Origin: Heptranchias perlo
Taxonomy: Eukaryota
Direction: 5' to 3'
Assembly (NCBI RefSeq): GCF_035084215.1
Contig: NC_090348.1
Location: 25,854,001 to 25,918,000 of the forward strand
DNA length: 64,000 nucleotides
Shown: positions 26,215 through 38,849 of the stretch, in pieces
How the letters are laid out: each line of letters starts with the position of its first letter
Numbering within the stretch: position 1 is the first letter of the stretch
The notes under the pieces: generated by a model
What the model was told of the DNA's origin: nothing
Seen by the model: only the letters and a program-made list of their open reading frames with translations
Databases searched by the model: none
Position numbers and translations under genes: made by a program

Positions 26215-28790
26215 ATTTGGTTAGAGTTAAGAAATAGTAGAGGTGCCATTACACTATTGGGTGTATTTTATAGGCCACCAACTAGTGGGAAGGATATAGA
26301 GGAACAAATTTGCAGGGAAATTAGAGAGAGGTGCAAAAGCTATAGAGTATTGATAATGGGGGACTGCAACTATCCTAATATAGACTGGGATAATAATATG
26401 AGGGCAAAGAGGGGAAGGAATTTTTGAAATGTGTTCAGGATAACTTTCTTGACCAGTACGTTTCCAGCCCAACGAGGAAGGAGGCATTGCTGGACTTAGT
26501 TCTAGAGAATGAGGCGGGCCAAGTGGAGCAAGTGTCAGTGGGGGAGCGATTATAGTATCATAAGGTTTAGAATAGCTATGGAAAAGAACACTGACCACTC
26601 TAGAGTAAAAATACTCAATTGGCGGAGGGCCAATTTCAATGGGATGAGAACAGATCTGGTCCGGGTAAATTGGAATCTAAGATTGGCAGGCAAAACTGTA
26701 ATTGAACAGTCGGCGACCTTCTTCAAAGAGGAGATGGTTCAGGTTCAGTCTAGGCACAGTGCAACGAGGGAGAAAGCCAGAGCTCCATGGATGACACAAG
26801 AGATAGTGAGTAAGATGAAATGGAAAAAAAGGGCCGTATGACAGATTTCAGGTTGATAACACAAGTGAGAACCAGGCAGAATATAGAAAGGTCAGAGGGG
26901 AAATGAAAAAGGAAATAAGAGGGGCAAAGAGAGAGTATGAGAATAAGTATGAGTATGCGGCCAACATTGAAGGGAATCCAAAAGTCTTCTACAGGCGTGT
27001 AAACAGGTAGTAAGAGGAGGGGTGGGGCCGATTAGGGACCATAAAGGAGATGTACTCATGGAGGCAGAGGGGATGGCCGAGGTACTAAATGAGTACTTTG
27101 CATCTGTCTTTACCAAGGAAGAAGATGCTGCCAGAGTCTCAGTAAGGGAAGATATAGTTGAGATACTGGATGGGCCAAAAATTGATAAAGAAGAGGTACT
27201 TGAAAGGCTAGCTGTACTTTTAAAGTAGATAAGTTACCCGGTCCGGATGGGATGCATCCTAGGTTGCTGAGGGAAGTAAGGATGGAAATTGCGGAGGTAC
27301 TGGCCATAATCTTCCAAACATCCGTAAATACGGGGGTGGTGCCAGAGGACTGGAGAATTGCAAATATTACATCCTTGTTCAAAAAAGGGTGTAAGGATAA
27401 ACCCAGCAACTACAGGCCAGTCAATTTAACCTCAGTGGTGGGGAAACTTTTAGAAAGGAAAATCCAGGAGAGAATTAACAGTCACTTGGGCGAGTGTGGA
27501 TTGATTGGGGAAAGCCAGCACGGATTTGTTAAAGGCAAATCGTGTTTAACTAACTTGATAGTTTTTTGATGAGTTAACAGAGAGGTAAATAAGGGCAATG
27601 CAGGTGATGTGTATATGGACGTACAAAAGGCGTTTGATAAAGTGCCGCATGGTAGGCTTATCAATATTGCGGCCCATGGAATAAAGGGGGCAGTAGCAAC
27701 GGGGATATAGAGTTGGCTAAGTGACAGGAAACAGAGTAGTGGTGAACAGTTGTTTTTCGGACTGGAGGGAAGTGTACAGTGGTGTTCCCCAGGGGTCGGT
27801 GCTGGGACCACTGCTTTTCTTCATATGTCTTAATGACTTGGACTTGGGGGTATAGGGCACAATTTCAAAATTTGCAGATGACACAAAACTTGGAAGGGTA
27901 GTAAATAGTGAGGAGGATAATGATAGACTTCAAGGGGATATAGACAGGCAGGTGGCATGGGCGGACACGTGGCAGATGAAATTTAACACAGTAAAATGTG
28001 AAGTGATACATTTCAGTAGGAAGACCGAGGAGAGGCAATATAAACTAGAGGACACAATTCTAAAAGGGGTACAGGAACAGAGAGATCTGGGGGTATATGT
28101 GCACAAATCGTTGAAGGTGGCAGGGCAGGTTGAGAAAGCAGTTTAAAAAAATGTGGGATCCTGGGCTTTATAAATAGAGCCCTAGAGTACAAATGTATGG
28201 AAGCCATGACGATCCTTTGTAAAACACTAGTTCGGCTACAACTGGAGTATTGTGTCCAGTTCTGGGCACCGCGCTTTAGGAAAGATGTGAAGGCCTTAGA
28301 GAGGTGCAGAAGAGATTTACTGGAATGATTCCAGGGATGAGGGACTTTAGTTAAGTGGATAGACTGGAGAAGCTGGGGTTGTTCTCCTTGGAACAGAGAC
28401 GGTTGCGGGGAGATTTGGTAGAGATATTCAAAATCATGAAGGATCTAGACAGTAGATAGAGAGAAACTGTTCCCATTGGCGGAAGGGTCAAGAACCAGAG
28501 GATATAGACTTACGGTGTGTGGCAAACTAGCAAAGGTGACGTGGAAAAACTTTTTTTATTCAGCGAGTGGTTAGGATCTGGAATGCGCTGCCCGAGGGGG
28601 TGGTGGAGGCAGATTCAATCATGGCCTTCAAAAGGGATCTGGATAAGTACTTGAAAGGAAAAAATTTGCAGGGCTACGGGGAAAGGGCGGGGGAGTGGGA
28701 CTAGCTGGATTGCTCTTGCATAGAGCCAGCGCAGACTCAATGGACCGAATGGCCTCCTTCCGTGCTGAACCTTTCTATGATTCTATGTAA
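26215..28790 (+). mobile_element. CR1 LINE, most of ORF2 plus 3' UTR (second subfamily)
   Basis: Endonuclease remnant, [37 protein letters not shown] and KFADDTKL motifs, tail CTATGATTCTATG; multiple stops. Confidence 0.92.
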
Positions 28791-29776
28791 AAAGCCACGT
28801 ATAATTAGCTTACCCATTTCTTTCCATTCTAACTACCAGTTGATGGTCCACTGCATATCATCTTATGTAAAAAGATAAATCTATTGCATGTAGGGCATAT
28901 GCAAACTTTATAAATTAATTGTATGATTTTTGTCAGTATGTAGTATGTTACTGTAATGAAAGTGATTTTTAAAAAACTACATAGCTCCCCGATTGTTTTT
29001 ACCCAGTAAGCTTTGTCTGATTTCAGTAGACACGCTTTAATTGGTCTCTGTGCTCTTTAGGTAGGAAGTGGGAAAATCATTTAGGGGTGCTTTTCCTGAT
29101 TACATGTAGTGACCCCTGCTGGAAAAAATGTCTGTGTGGAATGTCTCCAATTGAATAATAGCCTGACACTCACAGGCACTCATGACACTCGTAAAGCAAA
29201 CATATAGCGGTAATTCATACATACATAGAAGTTACAACACAGAAACAGGCCCAACAGTCCATGTCGACATTCACTTTCCACATGAGCATATAGTCCTAAT
29301 TACATTTTGTTACCCGAAAGATTATCTCCTCTCAGACAGGAAACAAATCCTGGAGCTTATTTTCCAAGAAAGGAGGGAAGAGTACCTTAGGTTCTCCCTT
29401 TCCAAGAATACCTTGCCCCTCTCCCTTAAGGATACTGTGCCTCTTTATTGTCTCTTTGTACCACCAAAAGCAATTCTGTTCTACATTACCTATCTCCTGC
29501 TTAGTTTCTTTAACAATAGCATTGGTTCCTTTCACCACTAGGTTTGTTAGGGTCATCGGTACACTTTTCTTAGGACCTGCTGCTGAGGCTGTGAAGGCAA
29601 TAACAATCAACAAGCATTTTCAGTTACTAACTGGGGATTAAAACCAAATATTGGTGACCTTAACTAACATTTATTTTTGCATGCTTATCAGCTTTGGTTT
29701 TCTTCATCCATTTCTCTGTGGACAAACCAAAAAGAAAAAGTTTAAAAAAAACATAATTAAACCTTTTAGTTTTAGG

Positions 29777-29966
29777 AGCAGCACCAGGTGTACCTAAAAA
29801 TGAGGTGCCAACCTGGTGAAGCTACAACACAGGACTACATGCATGCTAAACAGCGGAAGCAACATGCTATAGACAGAGCTAAGCGATTCCAAAACCAACA
29901 GATCAGATCAAAGCTCTGCAGTCCTGCCACACCCAGTCGAGAATGGTGGTGGACAATTAAACAACT
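29777..29966 (+). mobile_element. LINE ORF2 internal fragment (CR1-group family distinct from the flanking CR1)
   Basis: Translates as ..[35 protein letters not shown], a tether region between endonuclease and RT. A likely matching 3' end follows at 30350-30625. Confidence 0.6.
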
Positions 29967-30216
29967 GGTTAGACCGCACCTGGAGTACTGTGAGCAGTTC
30001 TGGGCACCGCACCTTCGGAAGGACATATTGGCCTTGGAGGGAGTGCAGCGTAGGTTTACTAGAATGATACCTGGACTTCAAGGGTTAAGTTACGAGGAGA
30101 GATTACACAAATTGGGGTTGTATTCTCTTGAGTTTCGAAGGTTAAGGGGTGATCTGATCGAAGTTTATAAGATATTAAGGGGAACAGATAGGGTGGATAG
30201 AGAGAAACTATTTCCG
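29965..30216 (+). mobile_element. CR1 ORF2 C-terminal fragment
   Basis: [38 protein letters not shown]...[13 protein letters not shown]. Confidence 0.9.
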
Positions 30217-30349
30217 CATCGTTCACCTGAGGAAGGAGGTAGCCTCCGAAAGCTTGTGAATTTAAAATAAAATTGCTGGACTATAACTTGGTGTTGTAAA
30301 ATTGTTTACAATTGTCAACCCCAGTCCATCACCGGCATCGCCACATCAT
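30217..30349 (+). mobile_element. Penelope-like pseudo-LTR end
   Basis: Nearly identical to 40490-40618, the 3' end of the Penelope-like element. Confidence 0.85.
30222..30260 (+). ncRNA. Minimal type I hammerhead ribozyme motif (PLE-associated)
   Basis: TTCAC-CTGAGGA-A-GGAGG-TAG-CCTCC-GAAA-GC-TT-GTGAA: stem I (TTCAC/GTGAA), CUGANGA core, 5-bp stem II, GAAA, and a palindromic loopless stem III. Confidence 0.8.
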
Positions 30350-30640
30350 GACTAGAAGGACAAGGACAAGGGCAGCAGGCACATGGGAACAACACCATCT
30401 GCACCTTCCCCTCCAAGTCTCACACATCGCTACTTGGAAATATATCTCCGTTCCTTCACCGCTGGGTCAAAATCCTAGAACACTCCACTTAACAGCACTG
30501 TGAGAAAACCTTCATCACAGGGACTGCAGCGGTTCAAGAAGGCAGCTCACCACCACCTTCTCAAAGGCATTTAGGGATGGGCAATAAATGCAGGCCTTGC
30601 CAGCGATGCCCACATCCCGTGAATGAATATATATATAAAA
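30350..30640 (+). mobile_element. LINE 3' end (GGGCAATAAATG..GGCCTTGCCAGCGATGCCCACATCCC tail)
   Basis: ORF2 C-terminal coding (..FKKAAHHHLLK) followed by a conserved tail, GAAT repeats and an A-run. Confidence 0.7.
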
Positions 30641-31088
30641 AAAAAGTTGGAGTCAGGAATAAAATCATTGTTAAAGCTATCAGTAAATCCTAATGGATGG
30701 CTTCCACAACAACTTAGTGGATAAACAAACCTCCTAGTGTGATACTGACCATAGAGACCAGAGGACACAGATTTCATCCCTTTTCTACTATTGGGTTACT
30801 CTACCCAGCCGGGAAACTGGGTCTGCCAAATTTGTTCCCCTCTCTGCCCCACTCAATCCTCTGACTTCTAATTCAAGGTTTCAAAAATGTGACAAGTCAA
30901 GGCATAGGGTGGCACAGCTGGTCAGCACTGTGTTCTGTACCTCTAGACTGTGGCTGTGATTGCCCAGGCTGACGTGCAGTCTCCTTTTTGATGGTGAGAG
31001 TGCTAAGTGAATAAATCTGTGCAGTCTGAATATGCTACCTACTGCTCACCAATCCACGGATGAAAATTGCTTATTGTTTGTTTTACAG

Positions 31089-31201
31089 GTTTTCAGCCCT
31101 ATAAAGGTGATTGGGTACAGGCACAATATTTTATTGAACAAACAACTTGGAAAAGCCAAGCGTGCTGTATCAAGCCACTTAGATATAAAAGAGTAGATAA
31201 A
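31089..31201 (+). CDS. MOV10L1: MOV10L1 coding exon 4 ([13 protein letters not shown]...[11 protein letters not shown])
   Basis: ttacag acceptor, gtaagt donor. Resembles human FEPCKGDWVEAEY...[11 protein letters not shown]. Confidence 0.96.
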
Positions 31202-31709
31202 GTAAGTATAAAAAGATGCAAAGCTCTTTATTTAAGAAAAAACACTTGGGAACTGCAGAATTTTGTAATTTGGGAAAAAAAAATTGGTTTGGTATTATGG
31301 AGCATGGGGTCACTTCTATTTAAGGTCCCTGAGTTGCTTTCCTTCCTATTAGAGCATTCAGTGAAAGATTATTGCACATGTAATTACCCATTAGGTTTAT
31401 AGTAAGATCATTTCCATATGCTCAGGACACATTCCATGTACTTTGATTTACGTTTTTTTAAATCACAAACCTACCTACAACCTTCACTCTAACAACGTCC
31501 CTCTTTTAGCCCTTTCCCAAGCAGCACAATGTACCCTGCTAGGCCTCTGAACAGCCTGCACCCTCTCCCTGGCAAAAAAAAAGTAAACGACAATTTATAT
31601 CAGATTCGTCTGGCATCCCCAGAGCTACTACAACATTGTATGACGCAGGAGGCCTAAGAGCCACTGCCAGGCCAACTCTTCCGTTCCCCCCCCCCCCCCA
31701 CCAGCAAGA

Positions 31710-31950
31710 ATGGGAAATGAGGACTTTTTTACACAGCGAGTTGCTACAATCTGGAATGCTCTACCTGAAGGGGTGGTGGAAGCCGATTCAATAGGCACTT
31801 TCAAAAGGGAATTAGATATATACTTGAAAAGGAAAAATTTGCAGGGATATGGGGAAAGAACCAAGGAGTGGGACTATTTGGATAGTTCTTTCAAAGAGCC
31901 GGCACAGGCACGATGGGCTGCATAGCCTCCTTCTGTGCTGTAAGGTTCTA
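31710..31950 (+). mobile_element. CR1 3' end fragment
   Basis: FFTQRVATIWNALPEGVVEADSIGTFKRELD followed by the 3' UTR. Confidence 0.85.
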
Positions 31951-32688
31951 GGAATGTGCGGAGTCCATCTGCTGGAATTTTCCTCTGTAGCAGATGAACT
32001 CTCAGGAGTCACTATATAGTCTTCACCCCTCCACCCTCCAAGCTTGCACAGGGATCAGTTTGCTGGAGTTTGTTTCCCCAGCTCCTGACCCAGATGCCCA
32101 GGACAATAGTTCCCTGGTATCCCCAGCAAGACCAGAACCCCCTCCATACCTATTCCATGGCCTGCACCGTCCTGATCTCTCTGTGGTTTCTCTGCAGCCT
32201 GCTCCTTTTCCCACATAGTAGGAAATATAGGGGTGACGGAAGTCTTGCAGTTTTAAAAAAAAGAGAAAGGTTAAAACTGAAATGCAAGTAGGAAAAAAAG
32301 GGAAAGTAAAAAGAAATAAATTAGTAGAGAAGAAAAAAAGAGACGAGGGTGGGGAAAAGTGGCAAGAGGACAGATTGGGGCACCTGCAAAGCAGTCTCTC
32401 TGATGAATGAAGTCCTGAATTTATCTTTGCAGTGCAGGAAATGGTGAAGGAAGTGAGGTAGTTGCTGCTGTGGATCTGTGTTTTTGTAAGGGAAATTACT
32501 GACCAAATGAATGTAATTCCGTTCTGCATAATCTGGATAACCATATTTATGCTAATATAAAATTTTCTCTTGTAACTCTTAACCTCCAGTATAGCATAGT
32601 TAGGCAGAATAACAGAATTTCTAATCATACAGCTTGCCTGAATTAACTATAAACTATTCAAATGTATTGCTATGTTTCTTGTGTGAAG

Positions 32689-32879
32689 GTACCAATAACC
32701 AGAATACTTCATCGAAGTGGTGTAGTGGATGACATCATATTCTTCACTCTTGAAGCACTCCGACTACCACACCTTTATGTACCCAAAAAAGATGATTTGG
32801 TCAACCTTGTGATTATTGAGAGTAATCAGTCTTTATACCAATGGAGAGCTTTATGCATCGCACCTGCAGAGAAAGAGAG
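32689..32879 (+). CDS. MOV10L1: MOV10L1 coding exon 5 (VPITRILHRSGVVDDIIFFTLEAL...YQWRALCIAPAEKE)
   Basis: AG/GT boundaries, phase 0 to 2. Resembles human IFFTLDSLKLP...ESSQSCYVWRALC. Confidence 0.94.
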
Positions 32880-33379
32880 GTATGGTATAACCCAGCTTTG
32901 CGATTACACTGAATATTGTGCCACGTACATGTTTCATTTAATTGGTTAAAATTTTGCGATCCAAAACCAATTTGTGTATCGCCCTCTCGGGTAGACTATT
33001 GGTCCATTAATTGGCAATCTGTTTAAAGGGACTGTGTCATTCATTATTGCTTCCCTAATTTGCTCAAATATTTCTAGTAAAGAGAACAGTTCACTCCCTA
33101 TAGGAGATTTTTCTCTTTTCAGAGGCTTCTAATGTATAGTATTTCCAAGAATATAGTAATGCTGATTTATAGCTCTCCATTTTACACCCAAAACTTTTAG
33201 GCTAATGGTGTTGGCTGCTGTCTTAATGTGGTACTGCAGTACACAAATAAACATCCAACTCCTCAAAATTGGGACTTAATTACTTTATTGGGATATTTAT
33301 CACCAAAAGAACAAAGGAAGACATTAGAAGATTTTGTTTTCTTTAGAGGGTTGCTAGAACGTGAACTACCCTAACAACC

Positions 33380-33618
33380 AGTGGTGGAAGCAGAAGCTAT
33401 AATTACTTTTAAAGGGAATTGGATAAATATTGGAAAACAAATAATTAAAGGGTATGGAAAAAGGACAGGAGAATGGGAGCAAGTGGATGGATGTTGCAGA
33501 GAGCCGGCACAGGCACGCTGGCCCGATTCGCCGTCTCCTGCTCTGTAAAATTGTATGATTTTGTTTTGCTGGCCCGATTCGCCGTCTCCTGCTCTGTAAA
33601 ATTGTATGATTTTGTTTT
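33380..33618 (+). repeat. CR1 3' end with a perfect 51-bp tandem duplication (33517-33567 / 33568-33618)
   Basis: GCTGGCCCGATTCGCCGTCTCCTGCTCTGTAAAATTGTATGATTTTGTTTT occurs twice in tandem. Confidence 0.85.
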
Positions 33619-33987
33619 TCCCTTCATGCGTGTTTACATTTAGTCATTCATTGCTGTGATTTCATGGTCAATGTTAATATTTCATGTGTGAATTTCCATG
33701 TAATGGTCTGCAGTAGTGTACGGTATTCCAGAATAAATTTTAAACCGTGCTCAAGTTCCTACCAGTATCCATTTGTTCAGTCAATAATCAGAATATGTAC
33801 CTGACCACAAATCGTTCAAAAGTAGAGATAGTAATTTAAACCCTCATGATGCTGGAATAACCTACTGTTGAGAATCAGCGGAGATGTAGCATAGAATTCA
33901 GAGACGTTGAAAGTACTATATGTTACAGTTTTGGCTTTTACCTCAACACCTTTTTTTCATGTTTGTTTTGATTGTTTCCATAAGCAG

Positions 33988-34026
33988 AAACAAACAGAAT
34001 CTGCGTTTTGTGAACCCCAAATCACG
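33988..34026 (+). CDS. MOV10L1: Candidate 39-nt MOV10L1 micro-exon (RNKQNLRFVNPKSR)
   Basis: Long pyrimidine tract, AAGCAG tandem acceptor, CG|gtaaat donor. Phase 2/2 matches the flanking exons, with no stop. Confidence 0.45.
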
Positions 34027-37000
34027 GTAAATCACTTACTTGAGAATATGTGGATGTTTTAGAAGGTGGAAAATACTAGACCACTGCATACAAGTTGAAA
34101 CTAATGCCTACATTTAATATACAGAAGCAGGATGCGACCAGTAAAGTAAACTTGCACTGTATGCAAACTGGGTTGATTGTTTAAAAAGGCCTGTAGATCT
34201 TTCAGCTCCTCTCAGTAAGTTCTTAAAGCCACACAATCTTTGATGGTGTATACATAAAATTATTCCCACAGAGCTCTAATTGCCTCTTGTAGGGAAGTAT
34301 GATGAATAGAAAATTGAAGACGCCAGGAAAGTTCCTGGATTAGGAGGACATCTTTTCCATTGTAGTTCGAAGCCTCTCTGCAAATCATGTCCCCTAACTC
34401 CTTTATTTTTCTCTCCCCTCCACCCCCTCCCTGCCCCCCACAATTAAAGCAAATTTAGTCCTGTATCTCTCATCATAATGTGATACAAAACTATATAATT
34501 ATTCTTGTCATTCTTCTCTGCACCATCTTGTTTTATGTCTTGCCAATTTTTCCTCATTCTGGTCACCCTCCAGTACTTTGCTAAAGTGGCCATTATGCAT
34601 GAGCCATGACTTTGATAGAGTGTTGGCAGGTTATTTGACCACAGGGAGAATTGCAATCAAGCCTAATCCTGTCCTTGTCATATGGTCTCCTCCTGTGCGA
34701 AAATCTCTGTCTCTACATAACACAACTTTGAGAGAGTGTGCAATGTTCTGTAGACAATGAAACAAGGTAGCATTCAATTTGAATTCAGCTCAGATCAAGT
34801 TCTATTCCATCCTTACTTCATTTTGTGATTAAATAAAAACAGTAAAATGGGAAAATCCTTCAGTAATGAGTATTTTGGGTCGAGAGGCTTAGGTTGAACT
34901 AAATACTGGAATGGAATACACACCCGGTTGCAGAATTCTGCAGAGCAGCCACTCGAGTTCTGAGTGTTCAGAAATTGATTTTTTTTAAAAAACTTATTTT
35001 TGCTAAGCTTTTACATTCTGTTCAGCAGCGGAGGTGGTGGTAGAGGAGATCCTAAAAGAGTAGCAGGGAGTAAGTGGAGGTGGACCAGACCAGGCAGTGG
35101 AAGATTTAATGTGCATTAAATAAAGTAAACTGGCAAAACACAAGAAGTTAACACTATTTTAAATAATACCTAATATCCCCATGTATCCTTCCCCTTGAAT
35201 GAACTCTCCATCTAGTCTGCTGGAGATGCGGAAGTCATTTTTTATTGTGTCCCCCCCCCCAGCTTTTTCTCTTTTGGTTGGGGGAAGGGGGTTGGGCAGA
35301 GTTTCTGTTTCTTTTTATTTCAGCACAAATTGGCATTATGTTTAACCTGCACTGTATCACCTGTGTTTACTGAACGGTAACAGGACTGTAAATGTTTTTT
35401 TGAAAGTATTGGCATATTCAGTAAATTTAAAATCATTTTGAGTGCCACTTCCCATTTTAATATCAGTTCAATTTATAACATAGCAAGATGTTAAGCTGTT
35501 TTTGACCTTAGTTTTCATTTTAACTAAATGCTGTTCCAATTACCAAGACTAAATTAATGGCAAAAAATATGGTACTTTTTGTTTGTAATTTCAGCAGTGT
35601 CCTGTAGTGCAGGATCAGTGTCAGAGAAGCATTTAGCAGTGTTCTTGACTGTATCTCCTATCTCCAATAATTTAGTGAGTATTGCATGACATTGCAGCTG
35701 AATGCCAATACTGTTTCAAGATTGTATTAAAAGAGGCCACTATTAAAGGGTGTTACAGGATAGATGCCTCTGTGAGATGGCTGAAATGACAAATCATCTT
35801 GTATGCTTTAACCGTACTGTAACCTTCCCAAACATCATCTGTTTATTTCTGAAATCTCCACTGTCTAATTTATTAATCAAATTAATTTGGGCTCCACAAA
35901 CTTTGACTTTTTAAAAAAAAAATCGACCAGCACAGCACAGGAGGTGGAGAGGGAAACATGGGCACTAGGGACCATGTGCCTTCCTTTTCTCTCCCACACC
36001 CCACCAAATCCTGCCTTCACCTTGGCCCATGTCCCAATCCTCTTCCTATTCCCAATGTATAATATTACTTTGTGTGTTGCATGATATAACATTCCTGTTG
36101 TTATAAATCCTCCAACTCAGCAGTGTGTAAAACAAAGCCCCTGAGCTCCAACCCAACCTGTGGTTCCTTTGAGAACTTTTGCATGCTTGTGCATAAGGAA
36201 GACTTGGCTAAGCAATTCAACCATTCTGGACTGGAAGATTGGAAAACGCTGCTGTCTGGGCCCTGGAAGTTTGGAAAAGGCTAAAACAGGACGATTAGGA
36301 TTTGGACTGAGAGTCAGCAGGAGCCAGTGGCAGAGAGGATCCCCAAAAAAACCAAGGAGCAAATGGAGCTGGACCAGACCGGGCAGTAGAAAATTGTTTA
36401 ATGTGCATTAAATAAAATAAACTGGCAAAACCTAATGAGGCATTGACACTATTTTAAATGATACCTAATATCCCCAAGTATCCTTCCCCTTCTTGAATGG
36501 AAGACCTGCTCATTCTAGATAATATAAAGGGAATTTTACCCTTCTTAGACAATGACCTACCTTGTATCCCACACCCTCCTTCCCCAGACTCTCAACCGAA
36601 AACTCACTTTTCAAAATGCAAGCTTCATGTGCATAATTTGCGCGTCTTTACAAGGCTCGAAGATACATTTATTGATGTCCGAGAGTTGGTCTAACTTTAT
36701 AATTGAATCTAAACTTAATTCCCGCCAAGGATATTATCAAAATATCTTGCAGGGTTATCCATCTTATTATCCTCATGCAAATTAAGAAAAAAATCCTTAT
36801 TTATTTAAATAAAGTGCAAACTTTAAGGTTGCCTGTTCTGTGCAGCAAAAAAAAGTGGCCTTTCACTGGAGGTTCATTGCATAAAGCATACAAAAATTAA
36901 ACTATATTAATAGAAATAATGTGAATTAAATGTAGAAAGAACCTAAAATTAACACATTACATCCTGAATGGAAAGAGAAAATGATATTTTTGGAATGCCC

Positions 37001-37192
37001 AATAGTAAATCTAAAGATTTGCTTCCTTGTATTGATTCACCAAAAAAAGGGAAGTTTTGCCTCCTGTTGAATTGAGCTGTATTTCAGATGAAGATTACCC
37101 AGTTCAATGGAATGAAGATAATGTAAAAGTACAATAAGAAAAAACTTGCAATTTCCAATAATATAACATTTTGCAATTTGGCTGTTTTTCAG

Positions 37193-37339
37193 TTTATCAG
37201 TTCCTTCAGTGACAAACAAAGAGCTTGAGCAAATTGACTTAGAGTTGTTCGCTAACAAAGGAGGATTGGAAGTTACAAGGAAGATTCATTTTGGCACCAT
37301 CAAGCAGGGAGAGAAGAAAGACTTGATGGTGTGGATTGA
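37193..37339 (+). CDS. MOV10L1: MOV10L1 coding exon 6 (..LFANKGGLEVTRKIHFGTIKQGEKKDLMVWIE)
   Basis: tttttcag acceptor, gtaagt donor, phase 2/2. Resembles human [32 protein letters not shown]. Confidence 0.93.
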
Positions 37340-37674
37340 GTAAGTTTATATGAAATACAGTATTCAGCATAGTGCAGTTTGTATGTGTGCAGCTGAATTA
37401 CATTTTAGTGTAGCTGGCATACAGATTCCATGTATTGATATTCTGTTTGAGTGGTTTGACTAAAAGAATAAAACAATGCAACTATTTCATTTGGTAATCC
37501 TCATACTCTTTTTTAAAAGATTTAAGGAGTAAGTTTAGATGTTGTCTTGGTGGCATTGAGGGCCTTTAGATGCAAAAGTGGATTGAATGGAAGCTTCAGA
37601 GTGAACAAATGATCAACACTTCAGTGCAGTCACCCGTTGATCACTCTTCAATGCAGCCCAATGTAGTAGGAGTT

Positions 37675-38377
37675 GGGTAAATTTTAACAGGGAGCCGGGA
37701 AGAGAGCGGTTGGGGTGGGGGACGATTTCCTGACGGGAAACCTGGAAATTTGGGTTTCCCGGACGTCCTTACAATTTTGATGTAAGAACGTCTTTCAGTT
37801 TTTTTTTTCCCCAGTAGGTTTCCCGCCCTACAGCCGGCAGGCTGGCTGTGAGTCAGACTGACGAGCAGCCAGGGAGCGGATGCCAGCAGGTAAGTCTTAG
37901 ATCGGGGGGGGGGTGCGGGTGGTTGGTCGGTCATTGGGGAGAGTCATCCGTGTAGACAGTCATCAGTGGGGTCGGTCATCGGGCTCAGTCATGGGGGGGG
38001 TCGGTCAGTCACGTGTGTGAGATCGCGACAGGTAAGCTTGTTGGGCCTGGCAGAAACTCTCCTGCTCCTCCTGGCCCACAAACAGTGCTAAAAAGGCACT
38101 TACCTTTAATCCGGGCCTTCTCGCCTCCTCTTACATGGCGAGAATCAGAAGGCCCAGGAATCCCAGCCCCTACGAGTTGAAAATAAAAAACCTATTAAAA
38201 TGGAGGCCCGCAGCCTCCTTAAAAGATTTTACTGGCTGACTCGCCTCTTGAGAGCAGGTTCGTCACCCATCCCTCGACCCGCCTCCGTTAAACCGGAAGT
38301 GGGCGGGTTGGGGTCGGGTTTTACTCTTTTTTACAATTTTTACCTTCCCACCCATTCGTGAGGTTAAAATTTATCCC
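37675..38377. mobile_element. Non-autonomous DNA transposon (MITE, PIF/Harbinger-like)
   Basis: Imperfect TIRs GGGTAAATTTTAAC / GTTAAAATTTATCCC; interior colinear with 52097-52851. Confidence 0.75.
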
Positions 38378-38849
38378 AATTTGTCCACTAACCCAAAAAA
38401 AGTAAGCCAAAAAAATGTCTTTAGGTCTTGTGAGCAGAACTGTGAAATGCTACCCCTGTAGGTATTGCCTCAGGAGGTATCACCCAGAATTATTTTCTCT
38501 AAGAGAACAAAACACTAACCTTTTTGGTACAGGTAAAAGAGATCACAATATTCTAGCCTTTCCTCTGATATTGCTCAGGGTTATTCAAAGTCAGGGAGAA
38601 GACAGACCAGAATCTAATGTTTCCCAAAAACTCAAGTGCCATTACATGTGCATAGATATGAACTTACAGCATCTTATGAGGACCACAGTTGATGGGCTAG
38701 TGCAATCCAAACCAATTGAGTGAAGTAGTGCTTAATGCAGCTCACTTGTGCTGGAACCAGTACCATAACTGCATTACTTTGGAACATGCTTCCCTATCTT
38801 ACTGCCTTTCTAATCTCTCTTCTGACAATGCTATTGATATTACCTGTGA

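Noticed and set aside
29788-30270. 160-aa ORF as a host gene
   Set aside because: Built entirely from fused retroelement fragments; reported as a mosaic instead.
32023-32628. 201-aa minus-strand ORF
   Set aside because: Low-complexity, F/S-rich translation of a purine-skewed intron, with no recognisable domain.
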